A DNA stretch of 64,000 nt from Octopus sinensis (taxonomy: Eukaryota): the NCBI RefSeq assembly GCF_006345805.1, contig NC_043001.1:130758001-130822000 (forward strand), given 5' to 3'. Below are positions 1-13,495 of the stretch, piece after piece. The position numbers and the translations under genes were made by a program. The notes under the pieces were generated by a model. That model saw only the letters and a program-made list of their open reading frames with translations, was not told the origin of the DNA and did not search any database. Every line of letters begins with the position of its first letter. Within the stretch, counting starts at the first letter, position 1.

Positions 1-59
1 TTTCTGTCAAAGCATTGAACACTCTTTTTTTCTTCTGGCAATACAAATGTCTACCTTTT

Positions 60-460
60 ATGTTTTACTTGCTTCAGTCATTAGACCACACCATGTCGGG
101 GCACTGACCCGAAGAATTTTTAGTAGAATGCATTGACCCCAGTTCTGATTTTTTTTTAAACTTGGTACTTATTCTATCAGTCACTTCTGCCAAATCACTA
201 CATTAAGAGGATGTAAACACACCAGCACTGGTTTCCAAGCACTGGTGGGAAACAAACACAGATACAGAGATATACGCCTAGATATATACATTTGTACGAC
301 AAGCTTCTTTCAGTTTCCATCTACTAAATCTACTCACAAGGCTTTGGTTGACCTGAGACTATAGCAGAAAACACTTGCTCAAGGTACCACACAGTGAGAC
401 TGAACCCCAAGCCAAATGGTTGCAAAGAAAGCTTCTTACCACACAGCCACACCTGTACCT
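60..460 (-). mobile_element. SINE family A, diverged copy
   Basis: Matches the other family A copies in the window: tRNA-like head, gggcaagtg-type middle and gactgaagcaagtaaaa tail, read on the minus strand. Confidence 0.8.
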
Positions 461-740
461 AACAAACTTATTTTATATAGAAAATAGAAGTTCAAAATGT
501 GCTGGAATTTGTTTAGATATTTTCATTTAAAAACTTTTAAAGACTTAACCAGCTTCACAGATTTCTCTGATTATCAAAAGTTGAAATAGAACAATGTGGA
601 ACTGTGTTGTAGCTATCTTACTCAGAAGCAAGCAATATCAGGCTAGTTTCACCAGTTAAACATTAACAAATTTTAAAATTTTAAAAATCTAAAAAATCCC
701 AGTGCATTTTCAACTTCTCTTTATATATATATATATATGT

Positions 741-962
741 ACTCTTTTACTTTTTTACTTGTTTCAGTCATTTGACTGCGGCCATGCTGGAGCACCACCT
801 TTAGTCGAGCAAATCGACCCCAGAACTTATTCTTTGTAAGCCTAGTTCTTATTCTATCGGTCTTTTTTGCCGAACCACTAAGTTACAGGGACGTAAACAC
901 ACCAGCATTGGTTGTCAAGCGATGTTGGGGGTAGGACAAATATAGACACACAAACACTCACA

Positions 963-1014
<52 letters not shown>

Positions 1015-1034
1015 ACACACACACACACACACAC

Positions 1035-1090
<56 letters not shown>

Positions 1091-1254
1091 CAACGGACTT
1101 CTTTCAGTTTCTGTTTATCAAATCCACTCACAAGGTTTTTGTTGGCCCTAGGCTATAGTAGAAGACACTTGCTGAAGGTGCCACGCAGTGGGACTGAACC
1201 AAGAACCATGTGGTTGGTAAGCAAGCTACTTACCACACAGCCACTTCTGTGCCT
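741..1254 (-). mobile_element. SINE family A, full length, with expanded internal (TA)n(TG)n
   Basis: Minus strand starts with A-box TGGCTGTGTGG and B-box GGTTCAGTCCC, has about 130 bp of internal CA/TA repeat, and ends in an (AAAAGAGT)-like tail. Confidence 0.9.
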
Positions 1255-1299
1255 GATATATACATATATATATATATATACATACACACATATATATAT

Positions 1300-1770
1300 T
1301 AAAGATCCTGTAGTGCTGTCTTCACAATGAGCAAGGAGCTTTCTTCAAATATTCTGATCACTTGCCTTCTTTCTGGCTCTGCTCCACCCAACTCACATCT
1401 CTATCGTGTTGTCCCAGAACGTACTGCACCACATCTTGCTTGGTCCTGCTCGCGGTCTTTTTCCTCCTTCTGGCATCCATTCCATCACAGTAGTAACATG
1501 TCACTCCTGCAGTAATCACAGCACATGGTCAGCAAACCATATCCATCATTTAGTCACCACGTCCTGCAAACTTCCTATCTCAGCTGTTCTCATCAGCTCC
1601 TTTGTTTCTCATCCTATCCTGGTGAGAGATGCCCAGGATCGAATGTAGGCAGCATCAATTAAACACATCCAGCAATCGAGAGACCTTTGCTGTCTTCTTT
1701 CAGGTTTCAAAGATATAGATGGCTGTAGATAAAAACCATAGAGGAGTATAGCTGTAGCTTTATCTTCTTA
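1300..1770 (-). mobile_element. Decayed RTE-like LINE, C-terminal fragment
   Basis: Minus-strand translation gives GCLHSILGISHQDRMRN and a decayed RGRP-type segment, typical of the region after the RT domain in RTE-group ORF2; contains stops and frameshifts. Confidence 0.55.
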
Positions 1771-1780
1771 CTGATGGTCT

Positions 1781-2216
1781 ACTCTTTACTCTTTTACTCT
1801 TTTACTTGTTTCAGTCAAATGACTGCGGCCATGCTGGAGCACTGTCTTTTAATCGAGCAACTCGACCCCAGGACTTATTCTTTTGTAAGCCCAGTACTTA
1901 TTCTATCGGTCTCTTTTGCCGAACCGCTAAGTAACGGGGACATAAACACACCAGCATTGATTGCCAAGCAATGCTAGGGGGACAAACACAGACACACAAA
2001 CACACACACGCATATATATATATATATATATATACATATATATACATATATACGACGGGCTTCTTTCAGTTTCCATCTACCAAATCCACTCACAAGGCTT
2101 TGGTCGGCCCGAGACTATAGTAGAAGACACTTGCCCAAGGTGCCATGCAGTGGGACTGAACCCGGAACCATGTGGTTAGTAGACAAGCTACTTACCACAC
2201 AACCACTCCTGCGCCT
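1781..2216 (-). mobile_element. SINE family A, full length
   Basis: Head ggcgcaggagtggttgtgtgg, B box, internal TA/TG repeat and gtaaaagagtaaaagagt tail; very similar to copies at 16.7, 47.1 and 62.8 kb. Confidence 0.92.
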
Positions 2217-2434
2217 TTGATCTCTTTCTTGGACAGAGCATGTATAAATTTATCTCTTCAATCAACTACATTTCAGATGCCTTTATAGTGTCTCCAAACT
2301 CAAGAAAGTAACAGCATAATGTCCACTTACTGCTATAACACAGTGTTTTTCTTTCTACTTGCTCAGTCTGGAGGACGATGCAGTGTCCATGACTTTTGCA
2401 GGTTCTCTGGAACAGCTGAGCTTGATGTTCCATA

Positions 2435-2715
2435 TAAACTATGACAGATCAATACTCACAGGTAAGACATAATCAAGGAGAAGATTCCAGAGCGCTGATG
2501 TTCTGGGAAGGAAGCAGTGAAAAGAGTAGCTAGCAGAGAGGAGTGGAGTGCTGGATGCAAGAAGGGTGATGAAAGTGTGCAGAGTAAAGTGAATTGGTGG
2601 TGATGGGTGAGATTGGGCGAGACCAGCTAACTCAAAGAAACATAGATTATAGTAATGATAGAAAAAACACAGAGAGGACACAGAATGCCTGAGGAACAAA
2701 AGGCTATAGTATGAC
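2435..2715 (-). mobile_element. CR1-group LINE C-terminal remnant
   Basis: ORF 2439-2699 reads RHSVSSLCFFYHYYN...FLPRTSALWNLL, matching the RRxVxSLxxFYxYY...SFxPRTxxLWNxLP tail of CR1-group ORF2. Confidence 0.65.
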
Positions 2716-2726
2716 TTGGATATATA

Positions 2727-3107
2727 AGAGCACTCCGTTGGTTACGACAATGAGGGTCCCAGCTGATACGATCAACGGAACAGCCTGCTCGTGGCATTAA
2801 CATGCAAGTGGCTGAGCACTCCACAGACATGTGTACCCTTAACGTAGTTCTCGAGGAGATTCAGCGTGACACAGAGTGTGACAAGGCTGGCCCTTTGAAA
2901 TACAGGTACAACAGAAACAGGAAGAAAGAGTGAGAGAAAGTTGTGGTGAAAGAGTACAGCAGGGATCACCACCATGCCCTGCCGGAGCCTCGTGGAGCTT
3001 TAGGTGTTTTTGCTCAATAAACACTCACAATGCTCGGTCTGGGAATCGAAACCACGATCCTACGACCGCAAGTCCGCTGCCCTAACCACTGGGCCATTGC
3101 GCCTCCA
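2727..3107 (-). mobile_element. SINE family B (tRNA head B plus tail B), full length
   Basis: Minus strand begins tggaggcgcaatggcccagtggttagggcagcggact with B box gtttcgattcc; near-identical to 53029-53411. Confidence 0.9.
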
Positions 3108-3451
3108 CGTGACTTAGATAGCCTATACTCTATATATGGAAGTCTGTATTCAAGGCTAAGAACAAATCACAGCTTCAAGTGACAACAGAACTATGACACT
3201 GATGAATATTTTGTCAGTTTGCAATGCTGTGTTCAGATCAATCTTTGAGAATATAGTTATTAACTTCACTAGGATGAGTTGTTCTGGATAAGTTCATTTG
3301 TGGTTTTCAGTTTCGTCTTACTGAATTTCACTATAGCTTCAGGCTATCCAATAATTTGTGAGAGAGTTCGTAAGTGCAAACTAATAGAAGCCTGTTGTAT
3401 ATATACACACTTAGACAGAGGAAGGCAAGCACACACACACAAACATGTCTA

Positions 3452-3840
3452 TGTAGTTAAGAAGCATGCTTTGTAACCACATGGTTTTAAGTTCAGTTCT
3501 ACTGCATGGCGCCTTGGGTAACTGTCTTCTGCAATGGCTCCAAGCAGGCCATTGTCTTGTGAGTAAATTTGGTGGATGGAAACTGTGAGGAAGCCAATTA
3601 TATATATATGTGCGTGTGTGTGTATATGTCTTTGTATGTATATCGTGTTTGTCCACCACCACCACAATTATTGTTGGTTTGTTTATATTCCAGTAACTTT
3701 AGTGGTTCAGCAAAAGAGCAAAAGTGGCTTATAGAATAAGTACCAGGCTCAATTAGTTCAAATAAACCCTTCAAGGTGGTGCTCCAGCATGATCGTAGTC
3801 CAATGCCTGGAACAAGTAAAAGAGAAAAGATTAAAAAGAT
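3452..3840 (+). mobile_element. SINE family A, old diverged copy
   Basis: Decayed head, internal TA/TG repeat and ggtggtgctccagcatg...gaacaagtaaaagag tail. Confidence 0.75.
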
Positions 3841-3879
3841 CAATACTGTTGTCACCAAAGACACACACTGTTAATGAAC

Positions 3880-4190
3880 TTAAATCACTGGCTGCAGGTA
3901 ATTTGGGGAAAATGCCCAAGTTCTAGCTGGTCCATACACAATTGCAGAGTATATAATCCCTGTTTGTCCATAGTGAGATTATCTCCCTCTTCATATGCTA
4001 TCCCCCAGCTGTAATTGTACCATGCAGCCATGCTTGACATGCAAACTGATATGAAACCTGATTCCATCAAATCTGTAAACCCTCCATGTTGCAATTGTTA
4101 GTGTTTTTTTTTTAATGCGATAAGCATTTACATGCTTTCTGCATTACAAAAAGCATCTGAATGATTCTCAAGAACAGTAAATTTCCAAAT
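3880..4190 (-). mobile_element. Decayed non-LTR reverse-transcriptase fragment
   Basis: One minus frame gives WRVYRFDGIRFHISLHVKHGCMV, resembling the F.V..GVKQGC motif of RTE-type RT; heavily mutated. Confidence 0.4.
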
Positions 4191-4202
4191 GTCTTGATAA
4201 TT

Positions 4203-5172
4203 TGTCATTGCCTCCATGAGACTCAACATCCAAAGATCATACTTCACCACCTCGTTCTATATCTTCCTGGGCCTACCTCTTCCATTGGTTCCCTCCACAG
4301 TTAGAGATTGGCCCTTCATTACATATTTCAGGGAGGTGCCCTCATGCTTTCCGAAATCCGCCGAAACTACACCTGATTATATATACACTTTAGATGAGTT
4401 GTAGTGCACCTGAGCACTGTACACAATTATTATTATTATTATTATTACACCGCAGTCCTCATTCATAGGCATCACTTGACCATACCAGTGTAGTCTTATC
4501 TCTTGTTCACTCCATCTGATGCCACTTATGGCCAATTTTTATCTGAAGACACTTACACTTTGTCGTACATGCACACTGACATTGCACATCCAGTGAAACA
4601 CTACCTTCATTTCTTTCAAGCCTTCGCATATTCTCTACGGTCACAGCCCATGTTTCACTGTGGTGTAGCATGACTGTTCGCACGCAGGCATCATACAATC
4701 TGCTTTTTCCTCTGAGTTAGAAGCTCTTATTTACCAACAAAGGTAGAAGATCTCTGAACTTTACCCAGTCTATTCTTATTCTAGCAGCTCTGCTCTCAGA
4801 ACATCCATCTCTACTGCCAACTTGATCACCGAAATAATGGAAGTTTTCAACTACTTCTAAGTATCCCCTGGGCATTTGACAGAGTCCATTTTCTGTACAT
4901 TTCTAATGTTTATTGTACCTATACACCTGCCCACACACAAAGACTACTTTCCTCTGATACTACTGCACCGTTTATACACTGGGTACACCTTATACAGTTT
5001 CTGTCAGCATCTTTTCTACATATCAAGCTGGGTGAGCTGCTTGAAGTGATTTGTGATTTGCCTGTTTCCTTACTAACTAAGACTTTGGTCTTTGCTAAAT
5101 TAAATCTAAGGCCCTTTGATTTTAAACCTTGCTTCCACACCTGAAATTTCTTTTCTAGTTCTGATAGTGTTT
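4203..5172 (-). mobile_element. RTE-type LINE ORF2 3' part (RT motifs 5-7 to C-terminus), decayed
   Basis: Translates to IAETLSELEKKFQVWKQGLKSKGLRFNLAKTKVLVS, then YDACVRTVMLHHSETWAVTVENMRRLERNE, then a RGRPRK-like end; carries a small unrelated insert near 4330-4445. Confidence 0.85.
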
Positions 5173-5244
5173 CAGCTATGCACATATGCGTGTGTGTGTG
5201 CGTGATATTGTATGTATATATATATATTTAAGAAACTTTATGAT

Positions 5245-5578
5245 GATATCATCATCATCATCATCCACATTACCATTTAACATCTGTTTTCCTTACCGGC
5301 ATAGATAAGATAGTTTGACTGGAACCGGAAAGCCAGAGAGTTCTACCAAGTTCCAGTCTGACTTGGCATGGTTTATACAGCTGGATGCTCTTCCTAATCC
5401 CAAACACTTTTAGAGTGTAATGGGTGCTTTCTACGTGCCACCAGCACAAGTGCCATTTGCATGACGCTGGAAATGACCATGACAATGATTTCACTTGGCT
5501 TGATGTGTCTTCTCAAGCACAGCACACTGCCAAATATCTTGACCAAAGGTCTTGGTCACTTGTAATTGCCTCCATGAT
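5245..5578 (-). mobile_element. 3' end of the same RTE-type LINE (family C tail) ending in (GAT)n
   Basis: Minus strand runs atggaggcaattacaagtgacc...gcatccagctgta...gatgatgatg; same tail as copies at 15.9, 19.3, 36.3, 45.0 and 46.9 kb. Confidence 0.75.
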
Positions 5579-7235
5579 GTATATGTTTTGTATGTGTGTG
5601 TGTGCATGATGGCACTGTGAGTGTTTGTATGGGGGTGTGTACTTACATATTTATTACATTTATTCCTATCATCATCACCATTACCATCATCATTTTATGC
5701 CTGTCTTCCATGGTGGTGTAGAATGCATTGGTCATCTCAGTCTAAATCAGATGATATTCTGAGTTACTGCCCTCTTAGATGAGTTGGAAGACCGCATCTC
5801 TTTTGTATCTTCCATTTTTGGCAACAGTCATTCTGACAGGATGTTCGTTTTTATGTCAAAGCCTTTGCACAATGTACAGGGCTAATTGTATTGTTGCACC
5901 AACACCACTGGGGTTGCCTTGATTTTTCCTCACTGTGTGTGCATGTATGTAATAGACAGGATAGATAGATAAATGGATAGATGGATGGATAGAAACTTGT
6001 GTGTATATACTTAGAAATATAATATTAAACTTCTCTGTAAACTTCACTGGTCCCTAAAATGGATCATTGGCATGTGCTGAGTAAAACATACTAAGAACTA
6101 CTGATTACCCTCTAAGTGCAGATGACATACCCTCTTCTGACCCTCACCTCCAAGGACATTAAATACAAAAGAAAGTTTCCTAAGAATTCAAAGTAAAACT
6201 CTATGAAAAAAGCTAACATAGATTAAAAAACTGTTAGGTTAAAGAACAACGAAGAAAAACAAACAAAACAATGAACAAAAGCATAGAAAATGGAACAAAA
6301 AATAAGGGAAAAGTGCTCAAATATAAATATAATACAATGGACATGATAAGAAGAACAAAAAGTAAATCAGATAAAAATAATATATAGAATAAAATAAACA
6401 ATGTATCATGTATAAATGATACGTTATGATCTACATTGGGATGCATAAATAAACTTGATGAAAAAATAAAGATTATAAAAGCAGAAAAAGAAAAAGGAAC
6501 GGTTGTTTTCGCCTGTAAGTAATGTAAGTTATTCATTGCATGGGAATACAACCAAATTCTAATTATGCCAGTAAATTATTGCACTTTGTTATATCTATGC
6601 ATATACATACGTACATATGCATACATATACATATATATAAATATACATATAAACATATATAAAATTCATATACATATACATATATTTTTATATATATATA
6701 TATATTTATATTAATATGTGTGAATGTATATGCACATACATACACATATATATATATCGTGCATATACACACACAAATATGTATTTGTACATAAATACAC
6801 AGTTGTATATGCTATTGTTGTCACTGCTCTCAGTGGTAAATAAATATATACTGAATGAAAATATATGAATATTATTCATCATACTTTATGGGCACCCATT
6901 TAGATTTGTATGTACATAAATATGCATGCTCACATTTTCAGATATCTGCAGAAACTTATAAATATATCCTTGTATGCATATGGTACCTTATTTTTATTTT
7001 GACATAGCATGTGTGCACACAGAAACTGAACATATATCCATAAATATTTGCTCACAAACGCATTTATGTATATCCATGTGTGTGCGAATGCAAATAAGCA
7101 TATAATATATACATATAAAAGTCATATAAGCATATAATATATACATATATAAGTCATACAAGCATATATATTATATATATACACACACACATATTTGTGA
7201 ATAAATATATGTATGCACTTATATAAGCATATATA

Positions 7236-7282
<47 letters not shown>

Positions 7283-7749
7283 AGATATCAATGTCCATCT
7301 AGATCTCTGTGTGTGTTTCTCTATAAACTAATCTATCCTGACTTTACTTTCAAATGCATGCATGATGTTCATAGTAAGCGCACAGAGATACATTCCTGTT
7401 TAGATATATGTATACACATGCACAGACAAATATACACATCTGCTTATGAGTTTTATATATACTTGCTTACGTATACAAATGTGTGCATTATTATGCACTC
7501 ACCATCTGTGTGCTTGTGCATATATATATATATATACATATATATACATATGTACACACAGATGGTGGGTGCATAATATTGCATACATTTGTGTATGTGT
7601 ATATATATATATACACGCACACACACAAACATACATATACAAAGCCATTTGTTTATATACTTATAGAAATTTATATTAAGCACGTGTGTTTATAAATACA
7701 TGCACACACATATATATATTTATATATATACAGAGACAAATATAAAAAT

Positions 7750-7810
<61 letters not shown>

Positions 7811-8544
7811 TATATATACACATATATAGATACACAAATACATGTATTTATATAATATATATATAATATATATATATATAGATAGATAGATAGATACACA
7901 AAAACATGTATTTATATATATATATATATATGCACATGTATACACACAGACACATTTATTTCCACACATATAGCAAATATAAAAGTCATAAATAATAAAT
8001 ATAGAGACATACATGCAATCACATTGATAACAATCTTTGTGCTTCTGCACTGCGATTAGATATGCTGCACATTTGTTTCAAAGACTTGCCTGAGCAGGTA
8101 AATCCGTAACAAAATCAGTCAAGCGTTGTGAGTGTATGTACATCTGTTTGCCTGTGTTTACACGTGCAAGAGTATGCAACTGTACAGATACGGACAAACA
8201 CATGCAAATACGCAAATATTTCACATACGTTTAGAAATACACATATACATATAAGTACAAACACACACACACACACACACCACACACACAGACACACACA
8301 CGCACTCACAGTATTTTTCCTCATTTTTGTTTTTTAATACTTTTCTCCCCCATTTTTACATCAATATTGATATCAAATCTATTTTTCTGATAAATATTTC
8401 TAATTTCTGCTGAAAAGAAATAATTGACACCTTTATACATGGACACTATATATACGTAGATAGATAGATAGATAGATATAGACATATATATATATATATG
8501 CATATATATCTATATCTATATCTATATCTATCTATATATATATG

Positions 8545-8580
<36 letters not shown>

Positions 8581-8598
8581 TACATATATGTATACACG

Positions 8599-8632
<34 letters not shown>

Positions 8633-9175
8633 CACATATATGTTTATATGTATGTAAATGCTCAAACTTTAGAAGATAAATCTGCTAACAAGTATTCACA
8701 TCACATTTTTCTATACCAAAACGTTCGTCTGTCCCTTTTCATCTAAGGATTGCATTTTTGGTGGGTTTTTCTGTTTTGCTTTTAGGGGTTTTATGTTTTA
8801 TCATTCTCTCTCTTACCTTACTTCTACTTCTCTTTTTCTGCATTCACACACATACACACACACATATCACCCTTTCACACACACCATTCTAGTTTTCTTT
8901 TTAGTTTTTAGCTTCTTTTTCTTTCCTGACTTCACACTTTTCCAATATCTTTACTGCCTTCAAGAATATCGTATTTGTCATTTTCGAATGACATATAGAC
9001 ACACACACACACACATACACAAACACACACTGACATGTATGTGTACGCACACACACACACATGTGCATACACACATTGACCTTCACATACATTATATTAT
9101 TCAATGGAATAACAACAACAATAATAAAAAAAATTTTAAATCTCTGATATCTGTAGACATACATATATATATATA

Positions 9176-9253
<78 letters not shown>

Positions 9254-9399
9254 ACAGAAAAAGATAAAGAAACGTATTTTTAATGACTAGCAAAGCCAAA
9301 ACTAAAACAAAAAAATACATAGAAATAAAACAGTAAAGAATAAAATGCAAATCAACATCATCATCATCATCATTCCCATTATCACCAACATCATATTGT

Positions 9400-9439
9400 C
9401 AAAATAATAATAATAACCATAATAATAATAATAATAATA

Positions 9440-9484
<45 letters not shown>

Positions 9485-9522
9485 TGATGATAATAATAAA
9501 TAATAATAATAATAATGATGAG

Positions 9523-9574
<52 letters not shown>

Positions 9575-9579
9575 TGATG

Positions 9580-9616
<37 letters not shown>

Positions 9617-9640
9617 TAATAATAATGATAATAATAACAC
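9400..9640. repeat. (TAA)n/(TGA)n trinucleotide array
   Basis: Directly visible; explains the poly-L/Y/I ORFs here. Confidence 0.95.
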
Positions 9641-10415
9641 AGTATCATGAGAACAATTCTTGGTAATATTAAACCATTTAATAGATGAATTATTTCAAAA
9701 CTTTCCTGTCACATAAAATACATAGTTGATGTAGGGTGTCCATTTTGGGAGCTGTTTGCTGCTTTATTTTCCCTTCTTTATTCATGTTTTCTTCAAAATA
9801 TTGGATAAGCTATTCAAGTTTCATAGTTTCATGCATTTCTCTCTATCTGTAATTTGTATGCTTGTGTGTTTAGTATATCGAAGTGTGTATGTGTGTTTGT
9901 GTGTGTGTGTGTATACATTTGTGTGTTTTCTCTTTTTTGCATCTGTACTTGTGAGTCTTTTTCTGTGTGTGTATGTGTGTGTGTGTGTGTGTTTGTGTGT
10001 GTGTAGGATGAGGGTTGTGGGTAAGTCGTTGTGGGTATGAATGCGTACATGTTTGTGAGTTGTCGTTCAATGTATCCTTGTATGCGTGTAAGATGTAGCT
10101 TGTAACATACGCGTGTTTCTATCTTTTGTTTATCTATACATGCGTGTATGCATGTACATATTTGTATATATCTATATATATATGTATGTGTATAAATATA
10201 TATACATGTATGTGTGTGTGTGCATGTATTTATATAAATATATATATACATACATGCATATACATACATTCACACATATATAAATACATATATATATATA
10301 TGTGTGTGTGTGTGCATGCATTTATATAAATATATATATACATACATACATGCATATACATACATTCACACACATATAAATACATATATATATATATGTG
10401 TGTGTGTATATATAT

Positions 10416-10464
<49 letters not shown>

Positions 10465-11364
10465 ATAATATATACATATATAATACATACATATATATAT
10501 ATATACGTATGACTAGAAGCTCCAAATTCTAGTTTATATACATGGAATTGTATATGTGTAACTGTGTTCATAGTTTCGACCGTAGACTAAGTGAATGTGA
10601 ATGTGTATGGAACATGTCCAAAAAGCCACACAATTTCTATATTTTTCTTGCTTCATTGTGTCAGTTGACACTCTTCACTTCAATGTCTTCTTCTTATTGT
10701 TCCTGTTGTAGGTGTGTCCTTTCCCTCCTTTACCTCGCTGCTACGATGATGTACAATCCTCCAAACTTACCGACTGAATTCTTCCTCCACCCAGGCATAA
10801 TCATTTCGTCTGAACCTTCTCTTTCCATCAACCTCATTGTATCTCATTCTCTTGAACCCTATATGAGCAGTCTTGTCCAATCCATCTTCCTGGTACAACA
10901 TCTGTCTGGGTCTTTATCTCTTTCTCTCTCTCTCTCTCTCCTTCTCTCTGTCTATATTTTCCTAGACTTTATAATTATTTCCATGAGAGCTGTGAAGGAC
11001 TTCTGGTGAAGCAATTATAGATGTTGTTGGTATTGTTCAAAAGAGCTACAATCAAAAATGTTTTCGAGCTGTGATCATTGAATCTTGTTTTGATGATTTA
11101 ATGAATCTCTGGCTACATTATTCTGTGTACACATATCTCTTCCCTTTATAAGATGCTAAATGTATCATTAGAAAGTTTGTATATTATTTTCAGTAAGTTG
11201 GGTGACCATGCAAAGTACTCTGCCATCTCTCTTGAACTCAGAATTATATTTTGTAGCATTTCAGGCAATCAGCCAATAGCTCGAGATATTCTATCTTCTC
11301 ATCAGTGGTTGTATTAACCTCTTATTTAAAATACTTATCGCTCAAATAGTATTTTCACCAAGCC

Positions 11365-11878
11365 TTAATTCTTTAGCATTAAAAATCCAGCCATTTTTGG
11401 CCCAAATATCCTACTTGTGGAGACGCATGGCCTAGTGGTCAGAGCAACGGACTCGCGGTTGAGGGATCGTGGGTTCGAATCTCAGACCAGGCAATGTGTG
11501 TGTTTATGAGTGAAACACCTAAGCTCCACACGGTTCCAGCAGAAGGTAATGGCGAAACTTCTGCTGACTCTTTCGCCACAACTTTCTCTCACTCTTTCCT
11601 CCTGCATCTTGCAGCTCACCAGTGACAGACCGGCGTCCCGTCCAGGTGGGGAACCTATACGCCAAGGAAACCAGGAAACCAGCCCTTATGAGCCAGGCGT
11701 GGCTCAAGAAGGAACAAACAGAAGGAACAAACAACAAATATCCTACTTGTTTTATGTTCAAACTGGACAGATCTTGTCTCTCACGCCTTCCTTTCCTTAC
11801 AATGCCATTCTAGAACAAAACAATCATTTCATTGAAATCTGATGTTATGAGATAATGCATGATCAATTCAAATCAAGG
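11365..11878 (+). mobile_element. TTAA-type MITE, interrupted by a SINE and 3' truncated
   Basis: Starts ttaattctttagcattaaaa; the internal sequence resumes at 11751 and matches the intact MITEs at 17.1 and 49.4 kb. Confidence 0.75.
11419..11734 (+). mobile_element. SINE with head B and a distinct tail (family G), flanked by a 16-bp target-site duplication
   Basis: A box tggcctagtgg and B box ggttcgaatc; caaatatcctacttgt is present at both 11403-11418 and 11735-11750. Confidence 0.88.
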
Positions 11879-12204
11879 TAAATTGCCCCAGTCTACTCAG
11901 CTATAAATAAGTACTAGTTAGGTATTAGGGGCGTTTTCCTTCTCTCTCTCTATCTCTCTTTCACCCCTGATCTTCCCAATTACACAACATGGAAATTGCA
12001 ATATTGCAAGTCTTATTGCCTTTTATTAGTCAGCATTGTTTCATCAATTTTACTGAAGATTTTTACCACTCACACTCAACAAATCCTTAATTAATGCCGT
12101 TAATCTCTTTTCTGCAGATATCTTACACCTGTCTAAATTTTGAGGTGAAAAAAAATGTGAAAGGATTAAATGATCAGCACAAAATTTGAGTTCAAAATAC
12201 AAAT

Positions 12205-12575
12205 GTAGTTAAGAAATCTTCTTTAGAACCACAAAGTTTTGGGTTCTATCCCACAGTGCAACACACTGGGACAGTGCCTTCTACTACAGCACCAGGCTGA
12301 CCCAATGCCATGTGAGTGAATTTGTTAGACAGAAACTGTGTGGAAGCCCATCATATGTATGTATGTGTGCATGTGTGTGTGTATACGTGTGTGTATTTTT
12401 TGTTTGTGCGTGTCCCCACCACATCTTGACAACTGGTGTTGGTTTGAGTACATCTCTGAGACCAAGAGAATAAGTACAAGACTTAAAATAAGTCCTGGGG
12501 TTGATTTGTTTGAGTAAACGCTTCAACGGAGAGTCCCAGCATAACTGCAATTCTAAGAATGAAAAAAAGATAACC
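12205..12575 (+). mobile_element. SINE family A, old diverged copy
   Basis: gggttctatccc B-box remnant, gtgccttctactacagc middle, internal TG repeat, decayed tail. Confidence 0.65.
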
Positions 12576-12864
12576 AAATAGTATTTTTAATAATTCTTGC
12601 TTGTTTTGTTTGTGTGTATGTGTGTATATATGTTTGTGTGTGCGTGTTTCAATAGAATAGAAAGGATGCTACAGTATACATGAATTTTTGTTTTAAATCT
12701 AAGAGAATAACAAACCTCAGCCATAATGAAACAGAAATCTTTTAAAATCCAGTTTTTCTTATGATTTTCAATATTTTCATGATATTCTATTTTAATAAGA
12801 TTTTCAGTGCATGTGAATCTCTTCTCTTCACACTATTAATTGTTGTCCAACAGAAAGACTCTTC

Positions 12865-13077
12865 TTAAACTTTAGCATTTAAACCAGCCATTTCTGGTCA
12901 AAATATTTTCCATTTCACAATGAAACTGAGCAGATTCAGCCTATCACATCTACCCTACAATGTCATTCTAAGAATAAAACAAACACGGCATCAAAATCTT
13001 AAAGGTACAGGATAATGCATGATTTATTCAAAGCATCATGAATAAATAAGCATTACATTTGACAAAGTAAGGGTTAA
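12865..13077 (+). mobile_element. TTAA-flanked MITE, diverged
   Basis: ttaaactttagcattt ... gggttaa ends; same internal sequence as 17147-17375. Confidence 0.75.
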
Positions 13078-13369
13078 GGGCTGACACAGTTTGGCACAAG
13101 ACTCATTACAGGCCTTGCCAATATAATGCAAAGAGCTAGCACATATCCCTCAATACATCCTGTTCAATGCTGTAACAGCTCTGCCAAACTACCACTCTGC
13201 ATCAGAATCTTTTTAATGACCCTGAAAGAATAAAAGACAAAGATGACCTCAGTAGGACTTAAACTCAGAGTGCAGACTATCAGAGCAAATACTGTAAAAC
13301 ATTCTAGTTCATGATCTGATGACTCTACCAGTTCACCACTCAACTGTATAATGTTCCTTCTATCTTTTA

Positions 13370-13418
<49 letters not shown>

Positions 13419-13426
13419 CCTAAAAG

Positions 13427-13489
<63 letters not shown>

Positions 13490-13495
<6 letters not shown>

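Noticed and set aside
6563-10570. IY/HT/CV-repeat ORFs here and throughout the window
   Set aside because: Translations of (TA)n, (CA)n and (TG)n microsatellites.
10700-10920. Possible Gypsy integrase C-terminal remnant (EVDGKRRFRRN) on the minus strand
   Set aside because: Only a weak short resemblance, with no catalytic motifs nearby.
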